Positions 48,792-58,570 of a stretch of DNA of 64,000 bases are shown piece by piece. The stretch's first letter is position 1, and every line of letters begins with the position of its first letter. This DNA is from an uncultured Enterobacteriaceae bacterium. Its GTDB lineage: Bacteria; Pseudomonadota; Gammaproteobacteria; Burkholderiales; SG8-39. A program made the position numbers and the translations under genes. A model generated the notes under the pieces. The model had not been told where the DNA came from and searched no databases. It worked only from the letters and a program-made list of their open reading frames with translations. The stretch lies in assembly GCA_964651335.1 (NCBI GenBank), contig CAZYVT010000007.1, positions 24,893 to 88,892 on the forward strand. The letters run 5' to 3'.

Positions 48792-50924
48792 ATGGTCAAG
48801 AAATCCCTGCCCCCGGCGCATTTCCTCAACCGCGAGCTCGGCCTGCTCGAATTCAACCGCCGCGTTCTCGCGCAGGCGGCGGACGATTCGGTACCCCTGC
48901 TCGAGCGGCTGCGGTTCCTGACGATCGTTTCGTCGAACCTCGACGAATTCTTCGAGATCCGGGTCGCGGGTCTGAAGGAGCAGATCAAGCTTGGCGTGAA
49001 AGAATCCGGCCCCGACGGCAAGTCCCCTGTGGAGTTGTTTGCGCTGGTCTCGGCGAAAGCGCACACCCTGGTCGCCGAGCAGTACAAGCTGCTGAACGAG
49101 GTGCTGCTGCCGGCGATGGCCCGGGAAGGCATCGTCTTTCCCAAGCGCGAAGCGTGGACCGAGCCGCAGCGCGCCTGGGTGCGCGACTTTTTCTTTCGCG
49201 AGCTGCTGCCCGTGCTCACGCCGATCGGTCTCGATCCGGCGCACCCGTTTCCCAGAGTGCTCAACAAGAGCCTCAACTTTGCCATCGAGCTCGAGGGGCG
49301 CGATGCGTTCGGGCGCAAGTCGCGGGCCGCGATCGTGCAGGCGCCCCGCGCGCTGCCGCGCGTAATCCGCCTGCCTGCCGAGGTCGCCGGTGCACCCAAC
49401 GCGTTCGTGTTCCTGTCCTCGATCCTGCACGCGCACCTCGACGAGCTCTTCTCGGGCATGGAGGTCAAAGGTTGCCACCAGTTCCGCGTCACCCGCAATT
49501 CGGACCTGTTCGTCGATGAGGAAGAGATGAAGAACCTGCGCATCGCGGTGCAGGGCGAGCTGCTCCACCGGCACTTCGGTGACGGCGTGCGGCTCGAGGT
49601 CGCCGACAGCTGTTCGCCGTCCACCAGCGAATTTCTGCTGCAGCAGTTCGCACTGGCGGAAGACGACCTGTACCGGGTGGCAGGGCCGGTGAACCTGTAC
49701 CGCCTGCGCGAGGTGCCCGACCAGGTCGAGCGGCCCGACCTCAAGTATCCGCCCTTCCAGCCCGGGTTGCCCGAGCCGCTGGTGCGCATCCGCGACATCT
49801 ACGCGGCGCTCAGGCAACAAGACGTGCTGCTGCATCACCCCTACCAGTCGTTCCTGCCGGTGATCGAGTTCATCCGCACTGCGGTCACCGATCCGCGGGT
49901 CATCGCGATCAAGCAGACCGTGTACCGCACGGGCACCGACTCGGAGCTGATGGACATCCTGATCGACGCCGCGCGCCTCGGCAAGGAAGTGACGGTGGTG
50001 CTCGAGCTGTTGGCGCGCTTCGACGAGGAAGCCAACATTACATGGGCGTCGCGCCTGGAGGAGGTCGGCGCGCACGTCATCTACGGCGTGGTCGGCCACA
50101 AGACGCACGCCAAGATGGCGCTGGTCGTGCGCCGCGAGGAAACTCCGCAGGGCCCGGCGCTCAGGCGCTACGTCCATCTTGCGACGGGAAACTACCATCT
50201 GCGCACCGCGCGCCAGTACACCGACTTCGGCCTCATGACCGCCAACGAGGAGGTCTGCTCGGACGTGAACGAGGTCTTCAAGCAGCTCACCGGGCTGGGG
50301 CGCGCCAGCCGCATGAAACACCTCTGGCTGTCGCCCTTCACGCTGCACCGCCGCGTGGTCGCCGCCGTGCGCAACGAGGCGCGCATCGCCAAGGAAGGCC
50401 GGCCGGCCAGGATTGTCGCAAAGATGAACGCGCTGCTCGAGCCGGAGCTGATCGAGGAGCTCTACACGGCCTCCCAGGCGGGGGTACGGATCGACCTCAT
50501 CGTGCGCGGCGTGTGCGCGCTGCGCCCCGGGATCGAGGGCCTTTCGGGCAATATTCGCGTGCACTCGATCGTCGGCCGTTTCCTCGAACACACGCGCGCG
50601 TTCTATTTTCAGAACGACGGCGCGGAGGACGTATACCTCGCGAGCGCCGACTGGATGGACCGCAATTTCTTCCGCCGCATCGAGTTGTGCTTTCCGGTGC
50701 TCGATCCGGCGCTCAAGCAGCGCGTCATCCGCGAAGGGCTGCAGAGCTATCTCGACGACAGCGCGCAGACCTGGGTCATGAATGCCGAAGGCGGCTACGA
50801 GCGCCCCGCCGCGCGCCGCGGCCGGCAGCGGCCCGTGCAGGAGGAGCTGCTGCAGCTGCTCACCGCGCCCGCCTGGTCGGCCGCCGTGCGCGTGGCTGCC
50901 GAGGAAATGCCGCGCGTGGCGTGA
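48792..50924 (+). CDS. ppk: polyphosphate kinase 1
   Basis: FLNRELGLLEFNRRVLAQAADDSVPLLERLRFL aligns with the E. coli PPK N-terminus. 710 aa. Divergent from ppx. Confidence 0.95.
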   Translation: MVKKSLPPAHFLNRELGLLEFNRRVLAQAADDSVPLLERLRFLTIVSSNLDEFFEIRVAGLKEQIKLGVKESGPDGKSPVELFALVSAKAHTLVAEQYKLLNEVLLPAMAREGIVFPKREAWTEPQRAWVRDFFFRELLPVLTPIGLDPAHPFPRVLNKSLNFAIELEGRDAFGRKSRAAIVQAPRALPRVIRLPAEVAGAPNAFVFLSSILHAHLDELFSGMEVKGCHQFRVTRNSDLFVDEEEMKNLRIAVQGELLHRHFGDGVRLEVADSCSPSTSEFLLQQFALAEDDLYRVAGPVNLYRLREVPDQVERPDLKYPPFQPGLPEPLVRIRDIYAALRQQDVLLHHPYQSFLPVIEFIRTAVTDPRVIAIKQTVYRTGTDSELMDILIDAARLGKEVTVVLELLARFDEEANITWASRLEEVGAHVIYGVVGHKTHAKMALVVRREETPQGPALRRYVHLATGNYHLRTARQYTDFGLMTANEEVCSDVNEVFKQLTGLGRASRMKHLWLSPFTLHRRVVAAVRNEARIAKEGRPARIVAKMNALLEPELIEELYTASQAGVRIDLIVRGVCALRPGIEGLSGNIRVHSIVGRFLEHTRAFYFQNDGAEDVYLASADWMDRNFFRRIELCFPVLDPALKQRVIREGLQSYLDDSAQTWVMNAEGGYERPAARRGRQRPVQEELLQLLTAPAWSAAVRVAAEEMPRVA

Positions 50925-50971
50925 CCGCGGGAAATTTGAATGACGGCGGTGCATGGTAGAGTCGCCGCCCC

Positions 50972-51340
50972 ATGCAGAGTCCGCGTAAAGGAACGACCGG
51001 CTTACGCCGATTGATCAACGCGACACGGTACTCGCTGTCCGGGTTCGCGGAGGCGGCGCGCCGCGAAGACGCTTTCCGCCAGGAGCTGATCCTCGCCGCG
51101 GTGCTGGTTCCGCTGGGGCTCGCGCTGGGCGTGAACGGAATCGAACGCGCGCTCCTCGTCGGCAGCGTGCTGCTTGTGCTGATCATCGAGCTGCTCAATT
51201 CCGCGGTCGAGGCGACCGTGGACCGTGTCTCGCTCGACGCCCACGACCTCGCCAGGCGCGCCAAGGATCTCGGCAGCGCCGCAGTGATGCTTTCGCTCGT
51301 GAATGCAGCAGTCGTCTGGCTGCTCGTGCTCGCCCCTTGA
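50972..51340 (+). CDS. dgkA: diacylglycerol kinase (membrane, DgkA type)
   Basis: 122 aa. LINATRYSLSGF...AFRQEL...ELLNSAVEATVDR is the typical DgkA pattern. Confidence 0.9.
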   Translation: MQSPRKGTTGLRRLINATRYSLSGFAEAARREDAFRQELILAAVLVPLGLALGVNGIERALLVGSVLLVLIIELLNSAVEATVDRVSLDAHDLARRAKDLGSAAVMLSLVNAAVVWLLVLAP

Positions 51341-51360
51341 GCGGACCGGACCGACTCTTG

Positions 51361-51954
51361 TTATTGGTCCTTGAGCGCCTCGAAATTGATCATCAGCCTG
51401 ATCTCGTCGCTCATTGCGGGGATGCCGAACTTCATGCCGAACTCGGACCTTTTCAGGAAACCCGACACGTTGCCGCCGCAGGCGGGTCGCTTGGCAAGCG
51501 GATGATCCTTGCACAACCAGCGGTCGATCTTCAGCGTCACGGGCTTGGTGGCGCCCAGAAGGGTCAACTGGCCTTCGATCTCCGAAGGATTGTCGCCGCT
51601 GAATTTCACGTTGGTGGACTTGTAGCTCATCTGCGGAAATTCGGCGACGTTGAAGAAGTCGGCGCTCCTCAGGTGCTCGTCGCGCGTGCGCGGCCGGCTG
51701 CCCCTGTCGTTGTCGCCCGTCGTGACCGATGCGGTCTCGATCGCGAGTTCCACACTCGCAGTCTTTGCCGCGCGGTCAAGAGTGAACTTGCCGCTCATCT
51801 TGTCGAACCGGCCCCAGATCATGGACAGCCCTAAATGATCGATGCCGAAGTGCGGGAAGCTATGGATCCGATCGACCGTGTAGCTCTCGCTTTGCGCGGA
51901 CGCGGCGAGCGGAAGAGCGGCGAAAATCGCGCCGACGAAGACAGCTTTTTTCAT
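51361..51954 (-). CDS. YceI family periplasmic protein (copy 1)
   Basis: Signal peptide, then YTVDRIHSFPHFGIDHLGLSMIWGRFDK...RDEHLRSADFFNVAEFP. Confidence 0.85.
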   Translation of the reverse strand: MKKAVFVGAIFAALPLAASAQSESYTVDRIHSFPHFGIDHLGLSMIWGRFDKMSGKFTLDRAAKTASVELAIETASVTTGDNDRGSRPRTRDEHLRSADFFNVAEFPQMSYKSTNVKFSGDNPSEIEGQLTLLGATKPVTLKIDRWLCKDHPLAKRPACGGNVSGFLKRSEFGMKFGIPAMSDEIRLMINFEALKDQ

Positions 51955-52043
51955 GCAGTGTTCTCCTTTAGTCGTGACAGGGAAAAGTCATATCACGCTA
52001 TCGCAGTGCCTGTAAACAGCTGACGGTGCGCGCCTATTCCGGG

Positions 52044-52631
52044 TCAATCCTTGAGCGCCTCGAAGGTTACGACGATCTTAACCTCGTCGCTGGTTGCCGG
52101 GACGCCCCAGGTCATGCCGAAGTCGGTTCGCTTGAGCGCGCCGACGGCATTCCCTCCGCAGATCCACCGCTTCGTGACCGAATGCGGCGCGCATCTCCAG
52201 CGGTCCACCGTAAGGGTCACCGGCCTTGTCACGCCGAGAAGCGTCAGCTGACCGCGAACTTCGGCGGGGACGTCACCGTTGAATTTCACGTCGCCGGCTT
52301 TGTAGAGCATGCGTGGAAACTCGATGCTGTTAAAGAAATCCGCACTTCGCAGATGCTCGTCCCGGGACCGCGGCCGATCCCCCCTGGTATTGTCTCCGGT
52401 CGTCACCGACGCAGTCTCCACCGTGAAATCCAACCTGCCCGTCTTTGCCTGACGGTCGATCGTGAACCCCCCGGTCGACTTGTCGAACCGCCCCCAGATC
52501 GTGGAAAAGTCGTTGTGGTCAACGGCGAAGTGTATGAACGTATGGCGAGGATCAAACGTGTAGGACTCCGGCGCAGCGGCCGCGGCTAGCGGCAGCATTG
52601 TGAAAGTCAGGTACATCACGACTTTATTCAT
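52044..52631 (-). CDS. YceI family periplasmic protein (copy 2)
   Basis: Start at MNKVVMYLTF. YTFDPRHTFIHFAVDHNDFSTIWGRFDK...RDEHLRSADFFNSIEFP. It is a tandem paralog of 51361-51954. Confidence 0.85.
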   Translation of the reverse strand: MNKVVMYLTFTMLPLAAAAAPESYTFDPRHTFIHFAVDHNDFSTIWGRFDKSTGGFTIDRQAKTGRLDFTVETASVTTGDNTRGDRPRSRDEHLRSADFFNSIEFPRMLYKAGDVKFNGDVPAEVRGQLTLLGVTRPVTLTVDRWRCAPHSVTKRWICGGNAVGALKRTDFGMTWGVPATSDEVKIVVTFEALKD

Positions 52632-52666
52632 CGCATCCCCCTTTTTCCGCGACTCCATGGAACAAA

Positions 52667-53488
52667 TTACCCGGACGGCCCGCGACTCGACTGCCAGGCG
52701 AGAAAACATGAAACCGCGGCGACACACAGCGTAAGCGTCGAGATCGCCACCACCTGCCCCCAGATCGGCCACTTGGCCGGAACGGGTACCCGCGCCGCCA
52801 ACGGAACAAACGCCATGACCGCGAGCGCGTACCAGGGGAGCTGGGCGAGGTAGAACGCCGCCGAACCGAGCAATCCCGCGAGCAAGCCCGCCGTCAGCGT
52901 GAAAGTAATGCCTGCGAAGATCCGTTTTCCGGTGAGCATCTGCACCAGCAGGAACGCGCTCGACGCCGTGCCAAATGCCATCGCGTATAAACCCAGCGTG
53001 GCTGATGCAGCGAACACTGCCGCGGCGCCAGTACCCAGCCCCAGCGCGAAGCTCGCCGCTCCCGCCCGGACCGAATCGTCGCGCAGCGTGAGCGAAATGC
53101 CGACCAGCCAGGCGACGTATAACGCCGTGCCGCCGCCGAGAAGCAGCGCCTGGGCAAACTCCTTCTGCCGCAGAACCGCCAGAAACACCCAGATCGAGGC
53201 GGCACCGAGTACCACCCCGAAAAGCGGCGCCGTGATGCGCGTCGGTCTGAACGCCAGATCCGCAGCGACCCCGACCGCGGGCACCATCAGGCCGAGCAGC
53301 ACGATTTTGCGAACCGTAGTCATGGGACTGAACTGGAATCCGACCACCAGATACACCGCCACGGCAAATCCTGCGACAGCAGCAAGTCCCGCGAGCCGCA
53401 GTGGAGCCAGGATTGCGCTCGCGACCAGACCGGCCAAGAACGGCATGATGACGCCCTGGACGACCGGGTGTATGAGCCACTCTTGCAC
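52667..53488 (-). CDS. hypothetical polytopic membrane protein
   Basis: 273 aa, almost entirely hydrophobic helices rich in A/L/G/V. Family not recognised. Confidence 0.5.
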   Translation of the reverse strand: MQEWLIHPVVQGVIMPFLAGLVASAILAPLRLAGLAAVAGFAVAVYLVVGFQFSPMTTVRKIVLLGLMVPAVGVAADLAFRPTRITAPLFGVVLGAASIWVFLAVLRQKEFAQALLLGGGTALYVAWLVGISLTLRDDSVRAGAASFALGLGTGAAAVFAASATLGLYAMAFGTASSAFLLVQMLTGKRIFAGITFTLTAGLLAGLLGSAAFYLAQLPWYALAVMAFVPLAARVPVPAKWPIWGQVVAISTLTLCVAAVSCFLAWQSSRGPSG

Positions 53489-53598
53489 GGATCCTCTCGG
53501 TAAATCTCGCGCTTAACCTGGACGCCCTCTGCGTGTTCGGATCCGCAGGCAGCCGGTAGCACAGGCAATCTCGTCGAATCTCAGGCACGCAAGATGAC

Positions 53599-55776
53599 TC
53601 ATGCGCGCGCCACGCGGATGACCCCGTGCACGTCCCTGACTGCAGCCAGTGCGCGCCGCAGCTGCCCCAGATCCTCGACGCCGAACGTGAAGCGCATGTA
53701 CGCAAGGTCGTCGCGGCTCCGGGTGCGCACCGCGGTGACGTTGATGCGCTCCCGGGCAAGAGCATCGCCGATGTCGCGCAGCAGCCCCTGGCGATCGTTC
53801 GCCGTGACCACGATTTCCACCGTATAGGCACCGCCCGGCTTTGCTCCCCAATCCGTTTCGATCAGGCGCTCGGGATGCGTTTCGGCCAGGCGCTTGAGGC
53901 TCGCGCAGTCCTCGCGGTGGATCGAGACACCCTTGCCGCGGGTCACGAAGCCGCGGATCGGATCGGGCGGCACCGGCTTGCAGCACTTCGCAAGCTGCGT
54001 GAGCAGCCGGTCGACGCCCACGACGAGAATTCCACTGTCGCCCTCGCCTCTGGACTTGCGTGCGGGCGCGGGAGGTGGCGGAGCCACCGGCTGCGGTGCC
54101 GCGATCCCCGCGAGCGCGCGCAACGCCGACTGCAACTGGCGCAGATTCACTTCCTCGCGCGCCACCGCGGCGAACAGGTCGTCCGGCTTCGGGAAACCCA
54201 GCCGCTCGGCCAGCGCTTCCAGGTTCGCCTGCGAGGCGCCTTCGCGCCTCGCCTCCTTGTCGACGATCGCGCGGCCCTCGCTCACCGTTTCCGCAAGCGC
54301 CTGCGCGTTGAACCATTGCCGCACCTTCTGTCGCGCCCGATGGCTCTTGAGAAAGCCGCGTTCCGGATTCAGCCAGTCGCGCGAAGGGCCGCCGGACTTT
54401 GCGACCACGATCTCGACTCGCTGCCCGCTCCTGAGCGGCGTGTCGAGCGGCGCGATGTGGCCGTCTACCTTCGCTCCCCGGCAGCGATGCCCGACGTCGG
54501 TATGCAGTGCATAGGCGAAATCCACCGCTGTCGCGCCGGCCGGCAGGTCGATGACCTTGCCCTGCGGAGTCAGCACGTAAACCGTATCGTCGAGCGCCGC
54601 CTCGCGCGTCTTCTCGGTCCAGCTCACGCTTCCGGCGACTTCATCGCGCCACGCGAGCAGCTGCCTGAGCCACGCGATCTTCTCGTCAAACACGCTCTGC
54701 GCCCGGGCGGACTTGCCCTCCTCCTTGTAGCGCCAGTGCGCCGCGACGCCGAACTCGGCCTGGCGGTGCATTTCCTCGGTGCGAATCTGCACTTCCACCG
54801 TCTTGCCGCCCGGACCGATCACCGCCGTGTGCAGCGACTGGTACTGGTTGCCCTTGGGCCGCGAGATGTAGTCGTCGAACTCCTTCGGGATCGGCTGCCA
54901 CAGGTCGTGCACGACACCGAGCGCCGTGTAGCAGTCCCGCGTCGTCGCGGCGATCACCCGGAGCGCACGCACGTCGTACACCTCGGAAAATTCCAGGCCC
55001 TTCGAGCGCATCTTGCTCGAGATCGAGTAGATGTGCTTCGGCCGCCCGGCGATTTCGGTCCTCACGCCGGCCGCGGCGAGCCCCGCGCCCAGGGTGCGCA
55101 TTGCATCCTTGATGTATTGCTCGCGCTCGGTGCGCCTGTCCTCGAGCATGCGCGCGATTTTCCGGTACAGATCGGGCTCGAGAAAACGGAACGACAGGTC
55201 CTCGAGCTCCCACTTGAGCTGCCAAACGCCGAGCCGGTTGGCGAGCGGCGCATAGATGTCGAGCGTCTCGCGCGCGTAGGACTCGCGCTCCTGCATCGGA
55301 TTCTTCGCGAACCAGCGCAAGGTCTGCGTGCGCGAAGCAAGCCGGATCAGGACCACGCGCACGTCCTGGACCATGCCGAGCACCATCTTGCGCAGCACCT
55401 CATTTTGTCGTTCGGCGCTGCCGCGCGTGAGGACACGCAGCCGGTACAGGCTTTCAACGCCGCCGGCCAGCGCAGCGATCTCCTCCCCAAAGCGCTCGCG
55501 CAGCCGGTCGAGACCGCCCAGTTGCTTGGGCGCGGCGAACAGCACGCCCGCCGCGCGCGCCTGGGAATCGAGCCCGACCGCAGCAAGGCTGGCCGCGAGC
55601 CCGAGCGCGTGCAGCCAGACCGGCTCTCCGGTCGACAGGACTTGTCCCGCGTACAGCGGCTCGGCGAATTCGAGCGCGCGTGCGATGAGCGCGCGGCCCT
55701 CCCCCGCGATCCCGTCGGCGAGTGGCTCAAGCGCCGCGGCGCTGTTCTGCGGATGCAACTGAACCACAGAAACCAT
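53599..55776 (-). CDS. relA: GTP pyrophosphokinase RelA ((p)ppGpp synthetase I)
   Basis: 725 aa with the synthetase core (RPKHIYSISSKMRSK...YQSLHTAV) and TGS and ACT regions. The N-terminal HD hydrolase motif is degenerate (VLFAAP in place of LLHD), which indicates RelA rather than SpoT. Confidence 0.9.
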   Translation of the reverse strand: MVSVVQLHPQNSAAALEPLADGIAGEGRALIARALEFAEPLYAGQVLSTGEPVWLHALGLAASLAAVGLDSQARAAGVLFAAPKQLGGLDRLRERFGEEIAALAGGVESLYRLRVLTRGSAERQNEVLRKMVLGMVQDVRVVLIRLASRTQTLRWFAKNPMQERESYARETLDIYAPLANRLGVWQLKWELEDLSFRFLEPDLYRKIARMLEDRRTEREQYIKDAMRTLGAGLAAAGVRTEIAGRPKHIYSISSKMRSKGLEFSEVYDVRALRVIAATTRDCYTALGVVHDLWQPIPKEFDDYISRPKGNQYQSLHTAVIGPGGKTVEVQIRTEEMHRQAEFGVAAHWRYKEEGKSARAQSVFDEKIAWLRQLLAWRDEVAGSVSWTEKTREAALDDTVYVLTPQGKVIDLPAGATAVDFAYALHTDVGHRCRGAKVDGHIAPLDTPLRSGQRVEIVVAKSGGPSRDWLNPERGFLKSHRARQKVRQWFNAQALAETVSEGRAIVDKEARREGASQANLEALAERLGFPKPDDLFAAVAREEVNLRQLQSALRALAGIAAPQPVAPPPPAPARKSRGEGDSGILVVGVDRLLTQLAKCCKPVPPDPIRGFVTRGKGVSIHREDCASLKRLAETHPERLIETDWGAKPGGAYTVEIVVTANDRQGLLRDIGDALARERINVTAVRTRSRDDLAYMRFTFGVEDLGQLRRALAAVRDVHGVIRVARA

Positions 55777-55793
55777 GCTGTATTGTATGACGC

Positions 55794-56675
55794 GTGCGAG
55801 CGAATCCTCACCTGCTGCTGATTCTCACCGCGCTGTTCTGGGCAGGTCACTGGATCGTGGCGCGCGCGGTGGTGCCCTACGCAACGCCGGTGGGGATGGC
55901 GTTCTGGCGCTGGACTGCGGCAGTCGTGATCCTTGCGCCGTTCGCCTGGCCGCATTTCCTGCGTGACGCGGCCAAGCTGCGCGCCGGATGGAAACCGGTG
56001 CTGTTTTTCGGCACCTGCGGGACGGTGCTCTACAACTCGATCGGCTACATGGGGATCCAGCAGACGAGCGCGACCAATGCCGTGCTGCTGCAGTCGGTGA
56101 CGCCGGGAATCATTCCGCTGGTTGCCTGGCTTTTGTTCCGCGAGCGTATCGGGCCGCGCGTCGCGCTCGGCCTCGCGGTGTCGTTTTCCGGCGTGCTCGC
56201 CATCGTCTCGCGGCTCGATGCTGCGGTGCTCGCCGGGCTCGAATTTGCGCCCGGCGACCTGTGGCTGCTCGCCAACATTTTTCTCTGGGCGCTCTACACG
56301 GCTTGTCTGCGCTGGAAGCCGCAGGACCTGCACCCGCTTTCTTTCATGCTCGCGATCATGGCGGCGGGACTGGCGACCGGGCTTCCGGCGTACGCGCTGG
56401 ACGTCGCCGCCGGCGGGCGCGTCGAAGCAAACCCGGGCGTGGTGGCCGGGATCTTGTATCTGGCCGCGTTCCCTTCAGTCCTCTGCTACGTCATGTGGAC
56501 CAAGGGCGTGGCAGAAATCGGCGCCGCCAAGGCGGGCGCCTACTTGCACCTGATTCCGCTCGCCGGAAGCCTCATGGCCATGGTTTTTCTGCACGAGCGC
56601 CTGCATCTCCACCACGTCGCCGGCATCCTGCTCATCTTCTCAGGCGTGTATCTGGTCTCGCGCGGTGGCCGCTGA
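55794..56675 (+). CDS. DMT-superfamily (EamA) transporter
   Basis: 293 aa with about 10 TM helices and duplicated EamA-like halves. GTG start. Confidence 0.8.
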   Translation: MRANPHLLLILTALFWAGHWIVARAVVPYATPVGMAFWRWTAAVVILAPFAWPHFLRDAAKLRAGWKPVLFFGTCGTVLYNSIGYMGIQQTSATNAVLLQSVTPGIIPLVAWLLFRERIGPRVALGLAVSFSGVLAIVSRLDAAVLAGLEFAPGDLWLLANIFLWALYTACLRWKPQDLHPLSFMLAIMAAGLATGLPAYALDVAAGGRVEANPGVVAGILYLAAFPSVLCYVMWTKGVAEIGAAKAGAYLHLIPLAGSLMAMVFLHERLHLHHVAGILLIFSGVYLVSRGGR

Positions 56676-57448
56676 TGGGTTGGCTTCGGAACTGGAAACG
56701 CAGGCGCATCCTCGAGCGGCACCCGCTCGACGAAACGGCGTGGCGCCGCGCGCGCGCGCGTCTGCCATTTCTCGCCGGGCTATCGGCGGATGAGGAACGG
56801 CGGCTGAAGGAAATGGCGATCGTGTTTCTGGCGGAAAAGGAGTTCACGCCGGTGCGCGGCGCGCGGCTCTCGGAGGACGACCGGCTCTCGATCGCCGTGC
56901 AGGCATGCCTTCCGGTGCTGGAGCTCGGCCTCGACTGGTACGACGGCTGGGTCGGGATCGTCATTCATCCGGCCGACTTCCGGGTCAGGCGCGCGGAAGC
57001 CGACGCTCACGGCGTGGTGCACGTGTGGGACGACGAACTCGCCGGGGAATCGTGGCCGGGCGGGCCGGTGGTGCTCTCGTGGGAAGCGCTGGACGAGGCG
57101 GGGACGGTCGCCAGAGGGGGCGTGAACGTCGTAATCCATGAATTCGCCCACATGATCGACATGACGGGCGGCGTGGCAGATGGCGTGCCGCCGCTTCCCT
57201 CGCGCGCCCGGCGCCAAGCGTGGATCGAGGTCTTCGACCGCGAGTTCAAGCGCTTCTGCGAGGACGTGGATGCGGGGCGCGACACCTTGCTCGACCCCTA
57301 CGCCGCAGAGAACGAAGCGGAGTTTTTCGCCGTCGCGAGCGAAGCGTTCTTCGAGTCGCCGCATGCGCTGAGGTCGGAGTTCCCGGACCTCTACGTGCTC
57401 TTCAGCCGCTTCTACCGGCAGGACCCGGCGAAGCGCCTGAAGAGCTGA
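56675..57448 (+). CDS. mtfA: M90-family zinc peptidase MtfA-like
   Basis: Start at MGWLRNWKRRRIL. Contains the HEFAHMID zinc motif and YAAENEAEFFAVASEAFF. Confidence 0.8.
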   Translation: MGWLRNWKRRRILERHPLDETAWRRARARLPFLAGLSADEERRLKEMAIVFLAEKEFTPVRGARLSEDDRLSIAVQACLPVLELGLDWYDGWVGIVIHPADFRVRRAEADAHGVVHVWDDELAGESWPGGPVVLSWEALDEAGTVARGGVNVVIHEFAHMIDMTGGVADGVPPLPSRARRQAWIEVFDREFKRFCEDVDAGRDTLLDPYAAENEAEFFAVASEAFFESPHALRSEFPDLYVLFSRFYRQDPAKRLKS

Positions 57449-57494
57449 ATCTCGGGTGCTAGAATTCTTCCAACTTCAATCGCAGGCGATCGCC

Positions 57495-57746
57495 ATGGCA
57501 AACGTTCAAATTCCGGACACTCTCTCCAGGAGGCTCGATCGCTACGCCGCGGCCCACGGCCGTGATCGCGCGCACGTGGTCAAGGAAGCGCTTGAGCGCC
57601 AACTCGATGCGCTTCTCTGGTGGAAACGTGAAGTCCGAAAAGGAATCGCGCAGGCGGATGCCGGCACCCTCGTTCCAGCGGAGCAAGTAATGCGACGCGC
57701 GCGCGCCCTTCTCGCCCGGCATGGCCGCAAGCCGGCGACGCGTTGA
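57495..57746 (+). CDS. parD: ribbon-helix-helix antitoxin (ParD/CopG family)
   Basis: MANVQIPDTLSRRLDRYAAAHGRDRAHVVKEALERQL is an RHH fold. It overlaps the downstream toxin gene. Confidence 0.7.
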   Translation: MANVQIPDTLSRRLDRYAAAHGRDRAHVVKEALERQLDALLWWKREVRKGIAQADAGTLVPAEQVMRRARALLARHGRKPATR

Positions 57747-58011
57747 TTTCACCAAGCGGGCGGCCACGGAGTATCTGAAGGGCCTCCTCTATATCGCTGC
57801 CCAAGACCTGTCCGCGGCCACCTTGGTCCAGGACCGGATCGAAGACGCTCTGACACTGCTTCCGCAGCAGCCCCAGATAGGTCGTCCCGGCGTCGTTCCG
57901 GGTACACGTGAGTTCCCGGTCAGCAAAACTTCATACACGATCGTGTATCGGGTTCGCGCTCGCGCAATTCAGGTGCTGCGAGTTCTGCATCAGCGACGGC
58001 GCTACCCCTGA
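57721..58011 (+). CDS. parE: RelE/ParE family toxin
   Basis: 96 aa. ...PQIGRPGVVPGTREFPVSKTSYTIVYRVRARAIQVLRVLHQRR is the typical ParE C-terminus. Confidence 0.75.
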   Translation: MAASRRRVDFTKRAATEYLKGLLYIAAQDLSAATLVQDRIEDALTLLPQQPQIGRPGVVPGTREFPVSKTSYTIVYRVRARAIQVLRVLHQRRRYP

Positions 58012-58028
58012 TCGATGCGCCTCGGACG

Positions 58029-58505
58029 ATGAAAACGTTCCTGATCGTCTTTCACACGCGCGGCGTGAAGACTGCGCAACTCGCCGAGGCGGTCGAGCGC
58101 GGCGCGCGCGCGGCGCTCAAGGAAGCCGAGGCCGAAGGCGAGGTGCGCGTCGTCGTGAAGCGCTGCGTCGAGGCAGGCCCCGAGGACGTGCTCGAGGCCG
58201 ACGCCCTGGCGCTCGGCACGCCGGAGAACTTCGGCTACATGTCCGGGATGATGAAGGACTTCCTCGAGCGAGTGTTCTATCCCTGCGAAGGCAAAGTAGA
58301 GGGCCGGCCCTGGGCGCTCTTCGTCAGCGCCGGCCAGGACGGAACCGGTGCAATCACGTCGGTCGAGCGCATCGTCACCGGGTTGCGGCTGAAGAAAGTT
58401 TGTGAGCCGATCCTGGCGCTACGCGAAGTGACGCCCGAAATCCTTGCGCGATGCGAGGAGTTGGGCGCCACGCTCGCAGTGGGCATCGCGGTCGGGGCGC
58501 TCTAG
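58029..58505 (+). CDS. flavodoxin-like fold protein
   Basis: MKTFLIVFHTRGVKTAQLAEAV...LGTPENFGYMSGMMKDFLERV has a flavodoxin/NAD(P)H-oxidoreductase-like topology. Confidence 0.65.
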   Translation: MKTFLIVFHTRGVKTAQLAEAVERGARAALKEAEAEGEVRVVVKRCVEAGPEDVLEADALALGTPENFGYMSGMMKDFLERVFYPCEGKVEGRPWALFVSAGQDGTGAITSVERIVTGLRLKKVCEPILALREVTPEILARCEELGATLAVGIAVGAL

Positions 58506-58570
58506 GACGGCGATCACGTAGCCGAGCCGATCACCGGCGGTGCTCGACCCTCAAGTGCAGCGCCGGAAGA

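Noticed and set aside
48684-50954. 756-aa minus-strand ORF opposite ppk (and 48668-49798, 376 aa)
   Set aside because: Antisense artefact. The plus strand aligns with PPK1 from its N-terminus.
53626-55821. 731-aa plus-strand ORF opposite relA
   Set aside because: Antisense artefact. The minus strand encodes a full-length RelA with synthetase, TGS and ACT motifs.
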